DNA from: a virus
Strand: one strand, 5' to 3'
Length of the DNA: 46,915 bases
Virus record (IMG/VR): IMGVR_UViG_3300048913_000051
Location: 1-46,915 of that record
Shown here: positions 1-7,911 of the stretch, piece after piece
Layout: each line of letters begins with the position of its first letter
Position numbering within the stretch: position 1 is the stretch's first letter
Made by a program: the position numbers and the translations under genes
The notes under the pieces: generated by a model
Seen by the model: the letters and a program-made list of their open reading frames with translations, nothing else
Database searches by the model: none
Told to the model about the DNA's origin: nothing

Positions 1-127
1 CTGTGCGAAGAAGCTGGACGCTCGATCTAGCCCCAACTGAGGATTTCAGAATGATCGGAGTTTATATCGGTGACAGACAGCTTGAGCCGGACGATGAACA
101 CGAGTGCCCGTACTGCTTAGTGATCTT
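1..127. repeat. Terminal direct repeat copy 1, identical to 46789-46915 (circular-assembly overlap)
   Basis: Read directly: bases 1-127 equal 46789-46915. CDS 46648-46818 reappears as 1-30 and CDS 51-203 restarts at 46839. Confidence 0.95.
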
Positions 128-203
128 CGGATCGACTCACAAGCTGATGCGGCACGTTTCAGCCTGCCCAAAGAACGACGACGCTGAATCGGAGGACGAA
201 TGA
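51..203 (+). CDS. Small CCHH zinc-finger-like protein (50 aa)
   Basis: ATG at 51 preceded by GAGGA. Contains CPYC-x7-H-x4-H-x4-C and an acidic tail. ATGA overlap with the next gene. Confidence 0.6.
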   Translation: MIGVYIGDRQLEPDDEHECPYCLVIFGSTHKLMRHVSACPKNDDAESEDE

Positions 204-424
204 ACAGGCACGATCAGGCGGTAGACATCATCGAAGCGAGGTTCTCGGCGCTGGTCACGTCCAGCTCGGGAATGCTTCACGGCGAAACATCCATGGCCAT
301 TGAGATGGCCTACACGCTCGGGGCGATTGATATTCATCTGCACCGGCACTACGTGGAACGGCTCAGAAAGATCGTTGAGCGCGAGCAAATCGAATTGATG
401 CGGAACATTGGGGTGAAGGCATGA
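200..424 (+). CDS. Hypothetical early protein (74 aa)
   Basis: ORF track. GGAGGA SD. ATGA stop/start coupling at both ends. Confidence 0.65.
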   Translation: MNRHDQAVDIIEARFSALVTSSSGMLHGETSMAIEMAYTLGAIDIHLHRHYVERLRKIVEREQIELMRNIGVKA

Positions 425-996
425 GCCAGATTGATTGGAGTAAGGCGCCGGAGTGGGCGAATATTCACGGCTACGTATCTAATATCGCGATACCTGTTTG
501 GGTCGGAAATGACCAGTACTGCTACGTTGATGGGCGCCAATACGGGCGGGTGTTCTCTTTTTATGGTTGCGAAGGCTGGGCGCGCGAGCAAATACAAGGG
601 ATCACAACGCGCCCAGTCGATGCGCTTAAGGCTGAATCTGCTCCGGCATGGGTTGGGATTGGTCTGCCGCCAGTAGGGACAGTATGCGAAGCCATGAAAA
701 GGCTGAGCGATACATGGCTGAAAGTTCGGATTATCGATCACCAGGGGACGGTTGAAACTGCCGCATGCCGAGTAATCGGAGACGATAGCTTGTTCTGGGC
801 TCAAGACTTCCGCCCCATCCGCACGCCAGAGCAGATCGCGGCCGATGAGCGACTGCATGAGATTCGAAATGCGCTGACAGCCATCAAGGCAGGGCAGCAA
901 CAATTCCCGAATGATCTGGTGCGCGGAAACATCGTCGCGGCAACGGTTGAGGCGATGATCGATGCGGGCTACCGCAAGCAGGAGGCTGACAAGTGA
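421..996 (+). CDS. Hypothetical protein (191 aa) with N-terminal W-x-x-A-P-x-W-A motif
   Basis: ORF track. N-terminus MSQIDWSKAPEWA matches the small paralogs at 39762-40637. Confidence 0.75.
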   Translation: MSQIDWSKAPEWANIHGYVSNIAIPVWVGNDQYCYVDGRQYGRVFSFYGCEGWAREQIQGITTRPVDALKAESAPAWVGIGLPPVGTVCEAMKRLSDTWLKVRIIDHQGTVETAACRVIGDDSLFWAQDFRPIRTPEQIAADERLHEIRNALTAIKAGQQQFPNDLVRGNIVAATVEAMIDAGYRKQEADK

Positions 997-1193
997 CCAC
1001 GCCAATCGTGAAATCGATCATCGACGAGCAAGTCGAAGACCTAACGGCGGCCTTCAATCTTCCGCGTGAAACTCGGGTGTGCGACCTGCCGAATCCGATT
1101 AAAGGGGCCTGGCAGACACCGCCAAGCGATAACCGACACGTCATGAGTGCCGACTTCCGTTACGACCTTCGCGGCCGGCTGGTGATGCTATGA
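993..1193 (+). CDS. Hypothetical protein (66 aa), GTG start
   Basis: GTGA overlap with the upstream stop. GGAGG lies 7 nt upstream. Confidence 0.55.
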   Translation: MTTPIVKSIIDEQVEDLTAAFNLPRETRVCDLPNPIKGAWQTPPSDNRHVMSADFRYDLRGRLVML

Positions 1194-1444
1194 AGCTTCG
1201 TAGATTTGACGCAACCGATACAGCGCGGATGCGAGCGGCACAAGGCAAGCGCGAGCATCGACAGGAACGGAACTTCCGGAACGAGGCCGCCCAAGGGCGC
1301 GAGCCGGAAGGTCTGCAGCGGATCAATGGCGTATGGCGAGCAGAATGCAGATCGTGTGGCGAGGATTATGTGATGGACTGCGATGCCCGTGAATTTGACC
1401 CGGATTACAGCTACTGCGGCCGTAGCGACCGATGCCTGCCATGA
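1190..1444 (+). CDS. Cys-rich hypothetical protein (84 aa)
   Basis: ATGA coupling. C-terminal CRSCG...C...C...C pattern. Confidence 0.6.
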   Translation: MKLRRFDATDTARMRAAQGKREHRQERNFRNEAAQGREPEGLQRINGVWRAECRSCGEDYVMDCDAREFDPDYSYCGRSDRCLP

Positions 1445-1557
1445 CCGGCTACCAGCGCGCCAAGCGCTACGCGTATTGGAGGGGAAGCGCAATCACACTG
1501 CTCGCCTGCACAGGATTCATGCTCGTCAGCGCCCTGGCTGGAAGCATTACTGGATGA
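1441..1557 (+). CDS. Small hydrophobic protein (38 aa), below the ORF-track cutoff
   Basis: Hand translation MTGYQRAKRYAYWRGSAITLLACTGFMLVSALAGSITG. ATGA overlap with the upstream stop. Confidence 0.4.
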   Translation: MTGYQRAKRYAYWRGSAITLLACTGFMLVSALAGSITG

Positions 1558-1601
1558 ACGAACAGGTTGTTATAAGGTTCTCCATTGCTTATAGTTCGTT
1601 C
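1556..1601 (+). promoter_or_regulatory. Imperfect hairpin (GAACGAAC ... GTTCGTTC with inner TATAAG/CTTATA)
   Basis: 8-bp perfect outer arms read directly. No U-tract follows. Confidence 0.35.
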
Positions 1602-1645
1602 CGCTGAAGGTTTGAGACCCGGACGCGATTAAGACCAAAAGGGGC

Positions 1646-1752
1646 AAGCCCGCAACGGCGAGCACCTTCCTACCCTGAGACCTTTGGCGACCCCGCCATG
1701 GTCAGGTTTCAGGGGAAGTCTCAAAAGGTGTTCGACCATTGCGGGCTTTTTT
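1646..1752 (+). terminator. Long structured element ending in T6 (terminator or attenuator) directly upstream of the RBS of 1767-2957
   Basis: AAGCCCGCAA (1646-1655) pairs with TTGCGGGCTT (1739-1748), followed by TTTTTT. The interior has further partial complementarity. GGAG and ATG follow within 15 nt. Confidence 0.55.
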
Positions 1753-1766
1753 ATGGAGTTTTTATA

Positions 1767-2957
1767 ATGAGCACAAGACAGATCGTATTTCGCAACAACG
1801 GAAGCATTGACCCACGCAGCATCACTACCTTCGGCGTCAGCTCTAAGGATAGTGATACGGCTATCGGATATTTTGGCACCGGCCTCAAGTACGCAATCGC
1901 GATACTGCTGCGCGAAGGCTGCACCGTAGACATTTACACTGGAGGCCAGCATCTATCGTTCAGCACTTCGGAGCAGCGCATCCGCGTCGACGACTTCACT
2001 TTCGTGACCATGAACGGCGAGCCGCTGTCGTTCACGACAGAGCTCGGCAAGAACTGGGAGACTTGGCAGGCAATCCGTGAACTATGGTGCAACTGCCTGG
2101 ATGAAAAAGGCGAAGCATTCTCATCTGAATATTTCGATGATGCTCCAAGCGATGACGAGACGGTGATTCTTGTTTCTGGTCGCGCAGCCGTCGATGTATG
2201 GTCGCAGCGCGATACCATCATGCTCAGCGGAACCCCGGTCTTTGAGACGGAGCACGTCGATATCCATCAGGGCCGATCGAATCACATCTACTACAAGGGC
2301 GTCCGCATTCTGGATCTGCAGCGGCCGTCCATGTACACCTACAATCTGAAGGGCAGTATTGAGCTGACCGAAGACCGCACCATGAAGTCTCCAGGTCTCG
2401 CCACTTGGTACGCAGCCAAGGGTATCGCCACCCTATCTGATCGCATACTACTGACCAACACGCTTACAGCCAGCAAGGATTGGTTCGAGAACGGCCTAGA
2501 CTTCGGTTGCGTCTACCCAAATGAGGACTTCGTCGGAATCGTTCAACAGATGGCGCGCACTCAGACGCCAGGCCTGAACCGTTCCGCCGCAAGTTGCGCC
2601 AGATTTGATAGCAATGAGCTGCTTGACGATCTACCTCGCATGGCAATCACTCCAGTCGATAATCTGCGACTAAAGAAGGCAATCAGCTTCGCGAAGTCCA
2701 TCGGGTTTGCTGTCGATGAATACGAGATCGTTTCCATTGAGCATTTAGGCGAAGGAGTTCTAGGGCGCGCCGCCAACGGCAAGATCTATCTGTCGAAAAT
2801 CGTGTTCATGCAGGGAACCAAAATGGTGGCCGGCACGCTGATTGAAGAGTTCATTCACCTGCGCCACAAGCTGGAAGACGAGACGCGCAGCATGCAAAAT
2901 TTTCTTTTCGACTCGCTGGTGTCCCTGGGCGAGCAAATCACAGGTGAGCCGCTATGA
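1767..2957 (+). CDS. Orphan 396-aa protein heading the recombination module
   Basis: ATG at 1767 with GGAG 9 nt upstream. IGYFGTGLKYA glycine motif and RELWCNCLDE. ATGA-coupled to the Rad52-like gene. Confidence 0.85.
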   Translation: MSTRQIVFRNNGSIDPRSITTFGVSSKDSDTAIGYFGTGLKYAIAILLREGCTVDIYTGGQHLSFSTSEQRIRVDDFTFVTMNGEPLSFTTELGKNWETWQAIRELWCNCLDEKGEAFSSEYFDDAPSDDETVILVSGRAAVDVWSQRDTIMLSGTPVFETEHVDIHQGRSNHIYYKGVRILDLQRPSMYTYNLKGSIELTEDRTMKSPGLATWYAAKGIATLSDRILLTNTLTASKDWFENGLDFGCVYPNEDFVGIVQQMARTQTPGLNRSAASCARFDSNELLDDLPRMAITPVDNLRLKKAISFAKSIGFAVDEYEIVSIEHLGEGVLGRAANGKIYLSKIVFMQGTKMVAGTLIEEFIHLRHKLEDETRSMQNFLFDSLVSLGEQITGEPL

Positions 2958-3685
2958 CCGATAAAAACATGACCATTTGGTCGCAAGTCGAAAAGACGGA
3001 TACCCGATTCACAAAGAAAGCCGAGGTAAACGGCCAGAAGATCACCAGCCTCAGTGGCACGGCGATGATTATGAAGGCCACCGAAATTTTCGGTCCGGCT
3101 GGCATCGGGTTTGGCTGGAAGGTTCTGGAGGAGCGGTTCGACAAGGGAATGGAGATTTTCATAGGTGAGGCCGAGAAGCGGTCAAGCCTTGGCTTCACCA
3201 TGAACCACACCGTCCGAATTCTGTTCTGGTTTATGTTGGATGGGCAGCGCGGCGAAATAGAGTCCTACGGCTGCACTAACGCCGTGTACAAGTCGAAATA
3301 CGGAATGAGCACCGACGGCGAGGCTCCAAAGAAATCGCTTACTGACGCGATCAAAAAGGCCCTCAGCGCGCTTGGCTTTAGCGCGGACGTATTCCTTGGC
3401 ATGCACGATGATTCGAATTATCTGGAACAGCTCAATGAAGAACTGGCCATTGAGCGTGCAGAGGACAAGGAGGCTGAGATAGAGAAACAAAAGGCCGAGC
3501 GCCTAGAGTTCCTGAAGTCAACCATCGAAACGATGAACAGCGCCGCGTCCATGAACGAACTGAAAAAGGTCCATGACCATGCCGTGCGCAAGCTGACCAT
3601 GCGCAAGGATGAAACAGGCGTTAAGCGTATCGCCAAAGAACTGAAAGACCTGTCGCCTAAATTTACAGCGGAGCCGCAAGCATGA
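2954..3685 (+). CDS. Rad52/Sak-like single-strand annealing protein
   Basis: ITSLSGTAMIMKATEIFGPAGIGFGW and KKSLTDAIKKALSALGFSADVFLG resemble the Sak/Rad52 conserved blocks (recognition by eye). Confidence 0.75.
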   Translation: MTDKNMTIWSQVEKTDTRFTKKAEVNGQKITSLSGTAMIMKATEIFGPAGIGFGWKVLEERFDKGMEIFIGEAEKRSSLGFTMNHTVRILFWFMLDGQRGEIESYGCTNAVYKSKYGMSTDGEAPKKSLTDAIKKALSALGFSADVFLGMHDDSNYLEQLNEELAIERAEDKEAEIEKQKAERLEFLKSTIETMNSAASMNELKKVHDHAVRKLTMRKDETGVKRIAKELKDLSPKFTAEPQA

Positions 3686-4245
3686 CTCAGCTTTACGCAA
3701 TGACCGCGCAGATGAACGAACTGGCCGCGATGCTGGACACCGACGATGAAGGTCTAAAGCAGGCGATTCAGGACACCATGGGCGCAATCCAGGACGAGTT
3801 TGAGGTAAAGGCCGATAACATCGTCATGTTGCGCCGGAACATCGAAGGCGACCTTCTAGCCATCGATAGCGAGATTGATCGCCTGGCCGAGCTGAAGCGC
3901 ATCAAAACCAACAGCATCACACAGCTAACCAACTACCTGCGCCAGAACATGGAGGCCGCGAATATCACATCCATAAAGCGCCCACTGTTCAGCATCACCT
4001 TGGCCAAGGGATCGGAAAGCGTGATTGTGGATAAGGAGGATGACCTGCCGGATGACTTTACTGTCGTCAAGACCTCCATTAACCCGGACAAGAAAGCTAT
4101 CGCCGCAAGGCTGAAAGAGATCAGATCGCACAACGAAGCTGTCAGGGCGCGCATGGAGGCCGGCGAAGACGCTGAAGCCGAACTGATTCCGGATCCGGTA
4201 TGGGCTCACCTTGAGCGCGGTGAAAGCTCAATTCGAATCAAGTGA
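3682..4245 (+). CDS. Siphovirus Gp157-like protein
   Basis: N-terminal LY..T..MNEL, a coiled-coil centre and a D(E/D)LP..F block are typical of the Gp157 family, which is commonly next to Sak/Erf. Confidence 0.7.
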   Translation: MTQLYAMTAQMNELAAMLDTDDEGLKQAIQDTMGAIQDEFEVKADNIVMLRRNIEGDLLAIDSEIDRLAELKRIKTNSITQLTNYLRQNMEAANITSIKRPLFSITLAKGSESVIVDKEDDLPDDFTVVKTSINPDKKAIAARLKEIRSHNEAVRARMEAGEDAEAELIPDPVWAHLERGESSIRIK

Positions 4246-4255
4246 GGTCCTAGCC

Positions 4256-4879
4256 ATGATCGATAACCAGATCCTAATTAGCACCCATCGCCAGGCGCAA
4301 CTGGAAGCGGCGCAAGCCGCATTCTTCAAGGCTGGCGGACAAGTCCAACAGGTTGAGGGCTTCCAGTTCAAACCGCCACCGCCGCGCAAGCACCCCGAGC
4401 CCGGACTGAAGAAGCCGCGCGGAATTCAGAATGGAGTGCGCCAGAGCAAATACAGCGAGCGCGCCGCAGCTGTTCAGGAGATGGCCAAGACCATGACGTG
4501 CCGCGAAGTCTCAGCAGCTACTGGAATGGCGCAAACCACGCTGTGGACCATGGCGCAGCGCGAGGAATTCAAGTTCCTGCCTGACACCATGGGCAAGCCC
4601 AATGCGCGATCCGATGACGCCAAGCTGATCGAGCGCATCACCGCCCTGCGCGATGTCGGGCTGACGCGCCACCAGGTGGAGAAGCAGATGGGCATCGGTA
4701 GCGGGACGTTGCGGCGGATCATCGATGACTACGACATCGACTTTCCGAAGTTCAGAAACCGCAAGCAATCAAGCGAGGGACAGCATGAGCCAGAAAAAGC
4801 GCAAGCCGCACAACTTCAAGGCCAGGATGGATCGAGCGGCCCGAGCGCTGCTCCGCACCAACTATGCCTGTGTTGCTAA
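4256..4879 (+). CDS. Putative DNA-binding protein with two HTH-like segments
   Basis: ATG at 4256 behind GAGG. Segments MTCREVSAATGMAQTTLW and LTRHQVEKQMGIGSGTLRR. The 3' end overlaps the next gene by about 95 nt. Confidence 0.6.
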   Translation: MIDNQILISTHRQAQLEAAQAAFFKAGGQVQQVEGFQFKPPPPRKHPEPGLKKPRGIQNGVRQSKYSERAAAVQEMAKTMTCREVSAATGMAQTTLWTMAQREEFKFLPDTMGKPNARSDDAKLIERITALRDVGLTRHQVEKQMGIGSGTLRRIIDDYDIDFPKFRNRKQSSEGQHEPEKAQAAQLQGQDGSSGPSAAPHQLCLCC

Positions 4880-5249
4880 CGTTGAGCCGCCAGATCGACA
4901 GATCATGCTGCACTGGAAGAACTGCACACAGATTCGTAGCGAGGCAGTGGCAAATGCCCTGTGCGACATCGCGCACCGCTGGACGATCTACATCAGCGTG
5001 TTTTGCGAGACGCCGGCCGGCGAGCAATACAGCAAGTCGATTCAGTTCACCACAGATGGCGTGCATTTGGTCATCAACCTGGCCGAGCACATGGAGCAGT
5101 TCCACGCCGAGCTGTGCGCCAGCGCCAATCGAAACCATGTCATTGGGTCCGGATGGATAGCTGTCCCTGACGCCATCGATCTAACCGAAGAGCAGGCGGC
5201 CAAGGTGTTCAAATCCATGGGCGCCTGGACGAACAAGAGAGCAGCATGA
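4785..5249 (+). CDS. Hypothetical protein (154 aa)
   Basis: Internal ATG at 4785 preceded by GAGGGA. The ORF-track 4725 start lies deep in the upstream gene. Confidence 0.65.
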   Translation: MSQKKRKPHNFKARMDRAARALLRTNYACVANVEPPDRQIMLHWKNCTQIRSEAVANALCDIAHRWTIYISVFCETPAGEQYSKSIQFTTDGVHLVINLAEHMEQFHAELCASANRNHVIGSGWIAVPDAIDLTEEQAAKVFKSMGAWTNKRAA

Positions 5250-5330
5250 AACGCATCAGTACAGCAGTCCGCACCCGCAAGCGGGCCGAACAATTTCATT
5301 TGCCAGCCAGTGGGCTGAAGGAGGCCGTCC

Positions 5331-5642
5331 ATGGCTTTGACCCAGCAGCAGCGCGACGAGAAACGCCGCGAGAAGGCCATCAAGCTTCAGGAAGAGGATC
5401 TGCGCCTAAAGGTACGGCCTGGCACCAAGAAGGCCTTGGCCGACCTCATGGAGTGGGCCGGTATTGAAGAGCAGGGCGAGGCGCTGACGCTGATGATTCA
5501 CCATCTGCACGCGCTTGGATCTGCTAAAGCCAGGCCCTTATTAGAAGTGCCGCACCACGAAATAGACGTATCGCCAATCGTGGAGCGCAAACTTGAGCAG
5601 GCCTATCAGCGCGAGGCGCTGCGGGTTTGCCACGAAGAATAA
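5331..5642 (+). CDS. Hypothetical protein (103 aa)
   Basis: Strong GAAGGAGG SD. ORF track. Confidence 0.7.
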   Translation: MALTQQQRDEKRREKAIKLQEEDLRLKVRPGTKKALADLMEWAGIEEQGEALTLMIHHLHALGSAKARPLLEVPHHEIDVSPIVERKLEQAYQREALRVCHEE

Positions 5643-5668
5643 ATAACGGACTATCGGAGGTTTGAAAA

Positions 5669-6004
5669 ATGAGTGAAGTGAAGAGGGTAGTGGTGCTTTG
5701 GCCGGTCGGGCCTGTTGGTTTCGGTAATCAAGAGGCTGTTCTTGCCGCCGACTTCGACGCCGCCCAATCCGAACTGGCTGCGCTGCGGGAAGAGCTGGAT
5801 CGTCGAGACAGCGCCGCCATGGCCTATGATTTAAAGCGTGACATGCAAGACGACCTGCAACAGCGCCTGACAGCCGCCGAGCAGCGGAATCGAACTCTGG
5901 AAATCCTGTTGCGCCGCGCTTCAAATTACGGCGGCCTAACTCCTGAGTGGCATGACGCAGTGCAAGCCGCCCTCAAACCCACCGAATCGGGAGCAAGCGA
6001 ATGA
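5669..6004 (+). CDS. Hypothetical coiled-coil protein (111 aa)
   Basis: GGAGG SD. ORF track. Confidence 0.7.
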   Translation: MSEVKRVVVLWPVGPVGFGNQEAVLAADFDAAQSELAALREELDRRDSAAMAYDLKRDMQDDLQQRLTAAEQRNRTLEILLRRASNYGGLTPEWHDAVQAALKPTESGASE

Positions 6005-6162
6005 AGCGTTTCTTCTGGATACTCCGCGCCTACTTGTACATGCACAAACGTGCCGGCTGGGCTCGATGGGATATGTGCGAGTCGCTGTATGAAACCTACG
6101 CAATCGAGTGGGAAATGTCGCCACAAGATGGCGTTGACGAAGACATGAGCTACTGGGATTAA
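6001..6162 (+). CDS. Small hypothetical protein (53 aa), below the ORF-track cutoff
   Basis: Hand translation MKRFFWILRAYLYMHKRAGWARWDMCESLYETYAIEWEMSPQDGVDEDMSYWD. ATGA overlap with the upstream stop. Confidence 0.45.
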   Translation: MKRFFWILRAYLYMHKRAGWARWDMCESLYETYAIEWEMSPQDGVDEDMSYWD

Positions 6163-6173
6163 GGAGCAAGCGA

Positions 6174-6932
6174 ATGAGCAGTAAACTTGAAGTTAATGTT
6201 ACGGGTAGTGGTGTTCAGTTTGGCAGCGCATGGTTTTCCCATGAAAGCATCACGGGCTATACCGCTGAGCAATTGAACTCTGGTGACTGTCACGTCACTG
6301 GCCGCGAGTACATGAAGTGGCTTTCTAGCGCTGCCGCCCCTGTCGTCGAGCGCCAGCCGGTGGCCCCATTCTACGTAACGCCAAATGGCAAAATGTATGC
6401 CAAAGCAAAAGAGCTAATCGCCTCGCCGACGGTGCAGCGGCAGCTTAAGGCTTTTGCCTCACTTGCTCCTACGGCCACATATGCTACCGCCCCGCCCGAA
6501 CTCGCCGAACTGCAAGCCCCAACTAACGCTGCGCTTATCAAGGATCTGACAGATATCATCGCCCAGCAGGCTGCTGAAATCGAGCGGCTGAAGGATGGGC
6601 AGGGTGAGCCGGTGTATCAGACCTGCAATGGTGTTGAAGGCTGGATTGATGTTGATCTTCTCCGCTATACCGCATGCTCTTTGGAGCCAGAGGGATACGA
6701 AACTCGCATTCTGTACACCTCGCAGCCCGCGCCGGTATCGGTTGACGAGCGCGCAGAGTTCGTTGCGTGGGTTCGCCACGAATGGCCTCAAGCACCGCTG
6801 AGCAATGTTCGCGACTTACTGCCGAAGAACGATCCACGCTACGGCGAATACTGCGACGAAACCCTTCAGCGCGCATGGGTTGGATGGCAAGCCCGCGCCT
6901 GCCTCGACAAGCTCAAGGAGCTGAACCAATGA
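6174..6932 (+). CDS. Hypothetical protein (252 aa)
   Basis: AAGGAG SD. ORF track. Confidence 0.75.
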   Translation: MSSKLEVNVTGSGVQFGSAWFSHESITGYTAEQLNSGDCHVTGREYMKWLSSAAAPVVERQPVAPFYVTPNGKMYAKAKELIASPTVQRQLKAFASLAPTATYATAPPELAELQAPTNAALIKDLTDIIAQQAAEIERLKDGQGEPVYQTCNGVEGWIDVDLLRYTACSLEPEGYETRILYTSQPAPVSVDERAEFVAWVRHEWPQAPLSNVRDLLPKNDPRYGEYCDETLQRAWVGWQARACLDKLKELNQ

Positions 6933-7084
6933 ACAAGCTCTACCGAACCGCCGAGGTGCGCCGGAACAGCTCGCCTACGCCTATCCTTGAGCTGAACCCG
7001 ACTTGCGAGTACTGCCGTCGGCACAGATCGCACGGTAGCCACGCGGCCTGCTCGAAGAAGCGCCAGGCCAAGTATAAGTCATGA
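6929..7084 (+). CDS. Small basic zinc-knuckle-like protein (51 aa)
   Basis: ATGA-coupled ATG at 6929. Contains CEYC-x5-H-x3-H-x2-C. Last gene before the terminator. Confidence 0.5.
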   Translation: MNKLYRTAEVRRNSSPTPILELNPTCEYCRRHRSHGSHAACSKKRQAKYKS

Positions 7085-7086
7085 AC

Positions 7087-7116
7087 AAAAAGCCCGCGAA
7101 ATGCGGGCTTTCTTTT
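7087..7116. terminator. Bidirectional rho-independent terminator between the convergent operons
   Basis: AGCCCGC-gaaat-GCGGGCT, flanked by an A-run upstream and a T-rich run downstream. Confidence 0.75.
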
Positions 7117-7151
7117 CCTTCCTGATTCGCCAAACCCAAACAGTAAAATAT

Positions 7152-7901
7152 TTATGCTGGCAGTCCGTATACGTTTTGCACGTAGGTATTGACCATAGCG
7201 AATGCCGCAGCATTAGCTGGTGAAAACATATTCCCGCTGAAGGAAATCATGTCTGCTATTTGACCATTAAAGTACTGCCCCCCACTACTCAACCCGCCAA
7301 CAACAAACGCGCCTACGGTCGTATCTGCCGCCGATGCCACATCTGCCACACTAACCCCGTTTGACCTGACTTTAAGGTTAGCTCCGTCCCATCCAAACCA
7401 GATGGCATTCCAAGATCCGTAGGTCACAGGCACGCCAATCAGTGTACTGGCGTAGTAGAAAATCATCTGTGTCGTCGCGTTGGCCGCTGACGACAGAAGA
7501 GTCCTTGCCGTAGAGCTGGTGAACCTACCCATACACGCACCTGAAGACGCACCAGGCAAGTCAGGCTTTATCAGCGCGAAGATAGTGAACGGCTGGGTTG
7601 TATCAATGGCGCCGCTGGATAGCGGATAACGACTGGAGTTCGCCACAGACAAAGCCAGCGCCGAGTATCCGCCGGGCGCGGCATTGTCCACCAGCACCCC
7701 ACGGTTACCAGCTACGGACTGGGAAACCTGCATGGCCCCAGGTCCACCCATGCTTGCCACCTTCCCAGAAACCACAGAGCAATATCTAGAGTCGGCTTGT
7801 AGCCATCCAGTGAAGTTTGCGAGACTGGAAATCTGCTTGGTCAGCATGGCCGGCTGGCCTAGCGCGGTAATTACCCCTGGGAGCTGGATTCCTGCGTACA
7901 T
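7152..7901 (-). CDS. LamG/concanavalin-like jelly-roll domain protein (tail accessory or receptor-binding candidate)
   Basis: Pattern FTIFALIKP ... GWDGANLKVRSNG ... FVVGG ... FNGQIADMISF resembles the LamG-type lectin fold. Last gene of the late operon. Confidence 0.65.
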   Translation of the reverse strand: MYAGIQLPGVITALGQPAMLTKQISSLANFTGWLQADSRYCSVVSGKVASMGGPGAMQVSQSVAGNRGVLVDNAAPGGYSALALSVANSSRYPLSSGAIDTTQPFTIFALIKPDLPGASSGACMGRFTSSTARTLLSSAANATTQMIFYYASTLIGVPVTYGSWNAIWFGWDGANLKVRSNGVSVADVASAADTTVGAFVVGGLSSGGQYFNGQIADMISFSGNMFSPANAAAFAMVNTYVQNVYGLPA

Positions 7902-7911
7902 AATTTTCCCC

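Noticed and set aside
1-127. Terminal repeat considered as a biological DTR or an att-site duplication.
   Set aside because: Coding sequence runs through it, there is no integrase, and the length fits an assembler k-mer overlap. This cannot be excluded without reads.
349-1005. 218-aa minus-strand ORF (and 1629-1952, 107 aa) opposite the rightward early genes.
   Set aside because: It is antisense to an ATGA-chained operon with good RBSs. There is no RBS and no plausible promoter. 1629-1952 overlaps the structured RNA element.
1767-2957. Assignment of the 396-aa protein as a GHKL/HSP90-like ATPase.
   Set aside because: The glycine box and the N-box-like motif are in the wrong order, and no G1 box was found. 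It is reported only as an orphan with a hint.
5246-5467. 73-aa ORF ATGA-coupled to the upstream gene and overlapping 5331-5642.
   Set aside because: Its sequence is highly basic and low-complexity. The overlapping 5331 ORF has a much stronger RBS (GAAGGAGG) and a more protein-like sequence. Kept only as a remote possibility.
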